DNA of 59,438 nucleotides from Octopus bimaculoides (Eukaryota). The DNA lies in contig NC_068993.1 in NCBI RefSeq assembly GCF_001194135.2, positions 4,601,515 to 4,660,952 of the forward strand. The letters run 5' to 3'. Positions 52,730 to 59,438 of the stretch are shown piece after piece. Under the pieces are notes generated by a model. It was not told where the DNA came from and searched no databases. It was given only the letters and a program-made list of their open reading frames with translations. Numbering within the stretch: the first letter of the stretch is position 1; each line of letters begins with the position of its first letter. Both the position numbers and the translations under genes were made by a program.

Positions 52730-53975
52730 CAGAAATATGTGTGCTTATGTGTATATATGTGTACATATACAAATTTGTACACACAAGACACAAATGGACA
52801 AATACATATACACCCACAGTCTCATATACAAACTCATACACACACACAAGCCTATACATATATGTGTGTGCATAGAGAGGGAGAGCGAGAGGATGATGGG
52901 GCAGGAGGGAGAGCAACTTACACTCAATTTATATTAACTTATATATATCATATATACACCCATCTACGCACAAACACAACAAACACTCATTACAACTTCC
53001 TCGCCCTGATTCCATCCTTCTCTCTTTCTCTCACAACAACAGAAATGGTATTTTTTCTGTATTTAAGAATAATGCCAATAATATAGTGTTTATAGTTTGT
53101 TTATTTCATTTCCATTTGGAAAATATCATTATATAATTTCATTTCATTTACTTCTTGTCTCTCCTCACACATACTTATTATCCATTTTGCTGCTTATTTC
53201 GTGAAAGCTATCAATCATTATTGAATTTTATAGCAAACTTGTCTAAAATTGTACTTTCACTTTCTTTTTCAATGTTAGTGTACGTATAAGGGTATGTGTG
53301 TATGTGTGTGTAAATGTATGTATGTGTGGGGGGTGGATGTGTGGATGTGTTGGGCTGGAAGTGTTTGTTTAATTGTTGTGCTGTTATCTCTAACCAGTTT
53401 GTTTACATGAATATGTGTGTGTGTGTGTGTGTGTGCATATGTGTGTGTGCAAGTGTGTGTGTATGTATGTGTGTATTAATATGCGTAATGTATTTGTATG
53501 TGCGAGTGTGTGTGTGTATGTGTGTGTGTGTGTGTGTGTGTGTATTCTGCAAATATACTATGGCATACATTGGTAAGAAATTGCTTCTTTTGTGTTAGGG
53601 AATCTTGATTAAACTTGTAAATTAATGACTTATAATATATGTGTGTGTGTATGTGTTATATATATATATATATATATACATATACACACACACACACATG
53701 ATTGTTCAATAAGCTATTTAGTGTCAAAAATGAGCAGATAAGTTGTCAGTGGGCAGTTTAGCTTAATGGTAAAATATTCAGCTAATATCTACAGAAATCA
53801 ACCGTCCAAAGGCAAACGGGTAAAAACAATCTCTCAGCAGACATTCAAGAATTTGGACTCACATGGACTGGTTTCTGGACTGGCATAATTTTTAGAGGAT
53901 AAACAATCAAGTATAAGCAAATATACATTGAGATTCTCTTGGTCTCATCTATTGACTCTATAATATAATTTCTAC

Positions 53976-54122
53976 AGCAGGAAAAGCATCCAGCTGTAGA
54001 AACTCTGTCAGATCAGATTGGAGCCTGGTGCAGCCATCCAGTTCACCAGCCCCCTGTCAAATCGTCCAACCCATGTCAGCATGGAAAGCAGACATTAAAC
54101 GATAATGTTGATGATGATGATG
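53976..54122 (+). mobile_element. SINE-R 3' module
   Basis: GCATCCAGCTGTAGAAACTCTG..GATTGGAGCCTGGTG..CATTAAACGATAATG(ATG)n. Confidence 0.85.
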
Positions 54123-54204
54123 ATATATATATATATCTTTCATATATATTTCCACTCGTACGGTATTCCACAACTTTACTTTATTATATATATATATATA
54201 TATA

Positions 54205-54390
54205 TGGGAGAATATACAAAAAATAACAACAGACGAGGACAGGTGGTGTAAATAACAAAAGTATATATTAGTATGACGCTCGGGAATACGGAAAGTCTTT
54301 GACGTTTCGAGCTACGCTCTTCAACAGAAAGAATACGGAGACAAGGAGAAAAACACGGAGAAAAAAAATTGAATAGTGTTCAGTCAACGG
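54205..54390 (-). mobile_element. Penelope-like terminal-repeat-type short element containing a hammerhead
   Basis: CpG-retaining ~185-nt island between (TA)n tracts that carries the motif at 54297-54331; the class is assigned by inference from the hammerhead type. Confidence 0.55.
54297..54331 (-). ncRNA. Minimal type-I hammerhead ribozyme, CUGUUGA+A core variant
   Basis: CTTT CTGTTGA A GAGC GTA GCTC GAAA CG TC AAAG: helix I CUUU/AAAG, helix II GAGC/GCUC, palindromic ACGU, GUC cleavage triplet. Confidence 0.75.
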
Positions 54391-54930
54391 TCAATCATAT
54401 ATGTATATTCACAGGTATGCCTCTGAGAGGATTTGAAACTGAAACAGCAGAACCTCCATTTCAGCAATTAAGCTGTCAGATTAAAAAAAAATTAAAAGCA
54501 ATTCTTTTAAATTGCCAATAAAAGGCAGATACACCACTAAAACATGAATTGTACTGCAATCTTTTTCCTTTCCTACAACTTAAAAACTATCGAATCCATT
54601 CTGGAGATACACTTGACAGAATATAAAAACAAGAATTTCACATTAGATTGTGTTTGCTTCCGGGCAAGAATTTACGTAAAGGACTCTCTCATGGACCCTT
54701 CCATCTATGTATTTATTTATTTTAAAATTATATTTGGGTCTTAAGAGGCTCTTTATTTTTGTTGATATCTCGACAATATAAAGAAATATATAGAAAAATA
54801 AAGCTATGTATATATTTACACACACACACACACTCATATATATGTGTGTGTGTGTGTATGTGTGCATGTGTGTGTGCGTGTGTGTATATATATAAATATA
54901 TGTTTATATGTATATATACATATATATGTG

Positions 54931-54972
<42 letters not shown>

Positions 54973-55740
54973 NNNNNNNNNNNNNNNNNNNNNNNNNNNN
55001 NNNNNNNNNNNNNNNNNNNNNNNNNNNNNNNNNNNNNNNNNNNNNNNNNNNNNNNNNNNNNNNNNNNNNNNNNNNNNNNNNNNNNNNNNNNNNNNNNNNN
55101 NNNNNNNNNNNNNNNNNNNNNNNNNNNNNNNNNNNNNNNNNNNNNNNNNNNNNNNNNNNNNNNNNNNNNNNNNNNNNNNNNNNNNNNNNNNNNNNNNNNN
55201 NNNNNNNNNNNNNNNNNNNNNNNNNNNNNNNNNNNNNNNNNNNNNNNNNNNNNNNNNNNNNNNNNNNNNNNNNNNNNNNNNNNNNNNNNNNNNNNNNNNN
55301 NNNNNNNNNNCAAATAAAAAAGTCAGAAAATCAATTTCTTTTTTAGTTATTTACTGAATTATTTTCCGAAGAAATTTTCTTTTTTAAATTACTTTCTATC
55401 TTTTTTTTACTTTCTTTTTCTTTAAAAATAAATAAGTAAATAAAGATTTGATGTATAGAATCAGCAAAAAATCTTGGTAACATTGTTGACAAGAATGTAG
55501 GTATTCTAAATACACTGAGCTATTAATCTTGATGATGGAAAGAGGATTCTGACTTCATGATGCTAGTCCATGTCCAGCCATGCTACGCATCATCTCATCC
55601 AGAAGACATCAATATTTAATCATTCATTTACTTCCTCATTACACCATCTGTCATTCATAAGTAAATAAATGAATAATAATAATAAGAAGAAGAAGAAGAA
55701 GAAAAAGAATTATAATAATAAGAATATTCCTTTCAACTGG

Positions 55741-55992
55741 AAGCAGTAGTAGCAATAATTGTCGGAGCCCTGGGAACAGTGAGCAAAAATCTCGGGAAGT
55801 ACATGGAACAAATAGGTGCTGCAGTAAGGGTGGAGCACTTGCAGAAAACAGCACTGCTTGGAACCGCTCGAATATTCCGGAAGCTTCTTGAAAAATAAGG
55901 GGTGTTACCTTAGTTCACTGGTAGTGAACAGCTGACACTGTAGTTCATCTCCAGCGTTAGAAGCTGTGCAAAGTCAATGATAATAATAATAA
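55741..55992 (+). mobile_element. 5'-truncated R4/Dong-clade retrotransposon with 3' UTR and (TAA)n tail
   Basis: VVAIIVGALGTVSKNLGKYMEQIGAAVRVEHLQKTALLGTARIFRKLLEK* (stop at 55896-55898), ~85-nt UTR, then TAA repeats. Confidence 0.85.
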
Positions 55993-55993
55993 T

Positions 55994-56520
55994 TTTTGCC
56001 ACAAGGGTGGTTTGGGGAAGGTGGGGATTGAGTTGATTACATCGACCCCAGTGTTCAACTGGCATTTATTTTATTGACCCTGAAATGTTGAAAGGCAAAG
56101 TCCATCTCGGTAGAATTTAAACTCAGAACGTAGTGACAGGTGAAATACCACTAAGCATTTTATCCAGCGTGCTAATGATTCTTATTTCTTTATTGCCCAC
56201 AAGGGGTTAAACATAGAGGGGCAAACAAGGATAGACAAAGGGGCTAAGTTGATTACATTGACTCCAGTGCGTAACTGGTACTTAATTTATTGACCCCGAA
56301 AGGATGAAAGGCAAAGTTGTCCTCGGCGGAATTTGAATTCAGAACGTAACAGCAGACGAAATACCTCCAAGCGTTTCACCTGGTACTTAATTTACCAATC
56401 TCAAAAGGATGAAAAGCAAAGTTGACCACAGCAGAATTTGAACTCAAAATATAAAGATGAGCAAAATACCGCTAAGCATTTCACCCAGCATGGTATTAGA
56501 TTCTGCCAGGTTGCCACCTT
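55994..56520 (-). mobile_element. Three SINE-B copies in head-to-tail tandem
   Basis: The core ..AAAGGCAAAGT..GAATTTGAACTCAGAAC.. occurs at about 56090, 56310 and 56415, with junctions near 56181 and 56380. Confidence 0.85.
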
Positions 56521-56540
56521 ATAATAACAACAACAACAAC

Positions 56541-56596
<56 letters not shown>

Positions 56597-57039
56597 TAAT
56601 AATAATAATAGTATTGATAATCTGACAAGAGGTTGATGTCTGCTCTCACAGAATCAACTAGTGCAAGTAAGACTGAGAGCTGAAAGACCAAAGTGGCAAA
56701 AGTCACAGGTTAAAGATGTTTTTTCTCTTCTTTTTCCCAATTGCAACCAATGTTTGCATCCTTTGGTTTTATTCTTCATTTTTATTTAAACAATTTGATT
56801 GAATAGAAATTCTTGGAAGAAAGGGTCGGAAGGGGAAAAAGAAAGAAAGAAACCTAACAGAAAATTTAAGAATTTGGTTGACGTAAAGGAAGCAAAAAAA
56901 ATATAAGCTTTTTTCTGCGAAACAAGGAATTTAAATGGAGGAATATAAAATGGTAACATATGTGTGGAATTCAATGTGAGAATAGGTATGAAAAGATGAG
57001 TTACAAATTCATGGCCTAAGGGATCAAATCTTTTGTTGG

Positions 57040-58270
57040 TGATGAGGTATGTAGTAAGATGTAAGGATAAAATGAGAGTTCTGTGAAATAAAGGGATGTA
57101 GTGACTGAAATGTGAAATGTGGGCATATATTCAATGTACTGTGAAATGTAAGGTTATTGTCTCTGTACTGTAATAGTCGGGATGTTGTCACTATACTGTG
57201 AAATGTAAGATCAAACTGCTGTACTAAGAAAATGTGGAATTTAACTGCCAGTATATAAAATGTGAACATACATGATATATAGAAATGAATGAATAGGTGT
57301 GAGAAGGTGAACTATCCACTCTTGGATTATGGGATCAAATCTCTCATTGGTCATGTAAAATGTACAGTAAAATATATAAATATAAGGGCCATGCAGCGAA
57401 ATGTAGGGATGCAGTCACTCATCATCATCATCATCGTTTAACGTCCACTTTCCATGCTAGCATGGGTTGGACGATTTGACTGAGGACTGGTGAAACTGGA
57501 TGGCAACACCAGGCTCCAATCTAATTTGGCAGAGTTTCACTGTACTGTGAAATGTAGAAATATTGTCATTGTACTGTGAAATATGAAGATATAATGATTT
57601 ATTGTACTGTGAAATGTAGAAATATTGTACTGTGAAATGTAGAAATATTGTACTGTGAAATATGAGGATATAGTTATTGATTGTGCTGTGAAATATAAGG
57701 ATATAGTTGCAAGGCTACTGAATCTGTTTCCTGAGAGGTGGTGTTATAGTGACTGACATTTATGAAATGTAGGAATATTATGGTTGTTCTGTGAAATGCT
57801 GGAATATGATGGACAAACAGTACAATGTGTGGATATAGTGAATGCACCGTGAAATTTTGAACTATAGTATCTTTGCTATGAAACGTGGCGTAAAATGTAG
57901 ATATAATAATGGGAAAAACTTTTAAACGTGGGGATATATAGTAGCTGTACTATGAAATGTGACAATGTAATGTGACATTCAGGAATATAGCCACTATAAT
58001 GTGGTATACAGTTTTATATTGCATGTACTGTGAAATATGACTATATAGGGCCGCACTGTGAAATATGGCTACATAGGGCTGCTCTGTGAAATATGGCTAT
58101 ATAGTGCTTGCACAGTAGAATGTAGGTATATGGAAGTTGCAATGTGAAAGCTAGAATATAGTGGCTGTTTTGGGAAATATATAATCGCTAAAATATGAAA
58201 TGTAGGGAAGTAGCGGCTATACAATGGAATGTGAAAATATAGTAATAGCACTGTGAAATGTTAGAATATA
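57040..58270 (+). repeat. Degenerate minisatellite built on (GTA)CTGTGAAAT(G/A)T
   Basis: About 20 recognisable motif copies; a near-perfect 23-nt run at 57602-57665. Confidence 0.8.
57420..57538 (-). mobile_element. Young SINE-R 3' module inserted in the minisatellite
   Basis: Nearly identical to the reverse complement of 42975-43092. Confidence 0.9.
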
Positions 58271-59016
58271 AGGATTGTCCAAAAGAGAATATTTGTTGTA
58301 CATACATAATATATATCCACTCACTTATGGTTGTCAAAATATATCTTTAAGATAAATATTTTTCTTGATTTACTAACTTAATTATTAAATTTGGAATTTT
58401 CTCTTTATCAGTTTCACATATTAGAAGACTCAAAATGGAAACAGTGTTAAAACTAATGGAAACAGGAAATTTCTTACCATACCCTGCAGAATCACATTTA
58501 ATCATTATAAGTATGAAATAAAATACCTACCATGTATGAACAAAAATGCATAGTCTCTAAATCATATTAAATTTATTTCACAGCCAGTGCGTTATGTTTT
58601 AATATGTATATTATGTGTCGATGTGAGAGTGTGAGTAGATGCATGGCAAAGGGTGTAGAAGCAAATCTACCCAATAATACACTTGATGTGATATTATATG
58701 TAAATTACGGGTGTCATTTTTATATCTAACTGTAAATAGTTAAATGATATTATGTTAAAAATATTTTATGAGCATGCAGAAATGAATATGTGTGTGGCAT
58801 GTATATGAGCATTTAAATGCATACACATACATACACATCTTCATATACACACATGTATATACACACAAATATTTGTTTTTATATGCATAATAAAGCAATA
58901 GTTTGCAAAATTATGAGTAATATGAAATATACAAGCTTTAATAACCACTGACATGCACATATAAGCATGTGTCATATATAAATATTATATGACACACACA
59001 CATATATATACATACA

Positions 59017-59075
<59 letters not shown>

Positions 59076-59438
59076 TTATACGTATATATATGTGTGTGTG
59101 TGTTTGATATGTATGTATGTATATGTAGGATAGATATATAACTGGTTGTTTTGAAACCAGTTTCTCAGACCTTACAGGCACCAATCCTGCAGCTTATCTC
59201 TGTTGGATACTGCTAATCTTGCTGTGATATTTGCTTGTTCCTAAAATCTGGTGGTTTCTTGGAGGAAAATTGTCCTTATTCCATACATATACATACATAC
59301 ATAAACATACACTCACACTCAGACACATATACATATAGCTATAAATATGTGTATGTGTCTGTACATACTTGCACACTCACTAATATACATGTGCATCACA
59401 CTAAAATATATATGTGTACACAGACATATGTGCTGTGT

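Noticed and set aside
57040-58270. Repeat-spacer pattern resembling a CRISPR array
   Set aside because: The repeat core is only about 10 nt and degenerate, the spacers are related to each other and irregular, there are no cas genes, and the context is eukaryotic.
59176-59240. Minus-strand exon candidate EQANITARLAVSNRDKLQDWC (vaguely calponin-homology-like)
   Set aside because: The donor is weak (CT|GTAAGG), and the similarity rests on three or four residues.
1-59438. Most ORFs in the supplied track (poly-YI/CV/HT, poly-D/M/I/S/H, X-runs)
   Set aside because: They are translations of (TA)n, (CA)n, (GAT)n and related microsatellites or of N-gaps, with no domain-like content.

Overview
Eukaryotic, AT-rich, essentially non-coding DNA from a short-read assembly, with about 18 N-gaps, mostly next to (TA)n or (CA)n tracts. 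The repeat landscape (very dense di- and trinucleotide microsatellites plus several tRNA-headed SINE families) looks like a coleoid cephalopod, probably Octopus; this is inference from pattern recognition, not a database match. No intact protein-coding gene can be supported, and almost all ORFs in the track are translations of microsatellites or N-runs. The supportable coding remnants are two R4/Dong-like retrotransposon C-termini and one Tc1/mariner (maT-like) transposase C-terminus. The most interesting signal is a set of minimal hammerhead-ribozyme motifs in several unrelated short repeats. One is near-intact, with a CUGUUGA+A core variant (54297-54331, minus). Another sits in a ~300-nt element that joins a tRNA-like Pol III head to a hammerhead and a 3' hairpin (28331-28631), paired with an inverted second copy. 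Family names SINE-A/B/C/R are my working labels.
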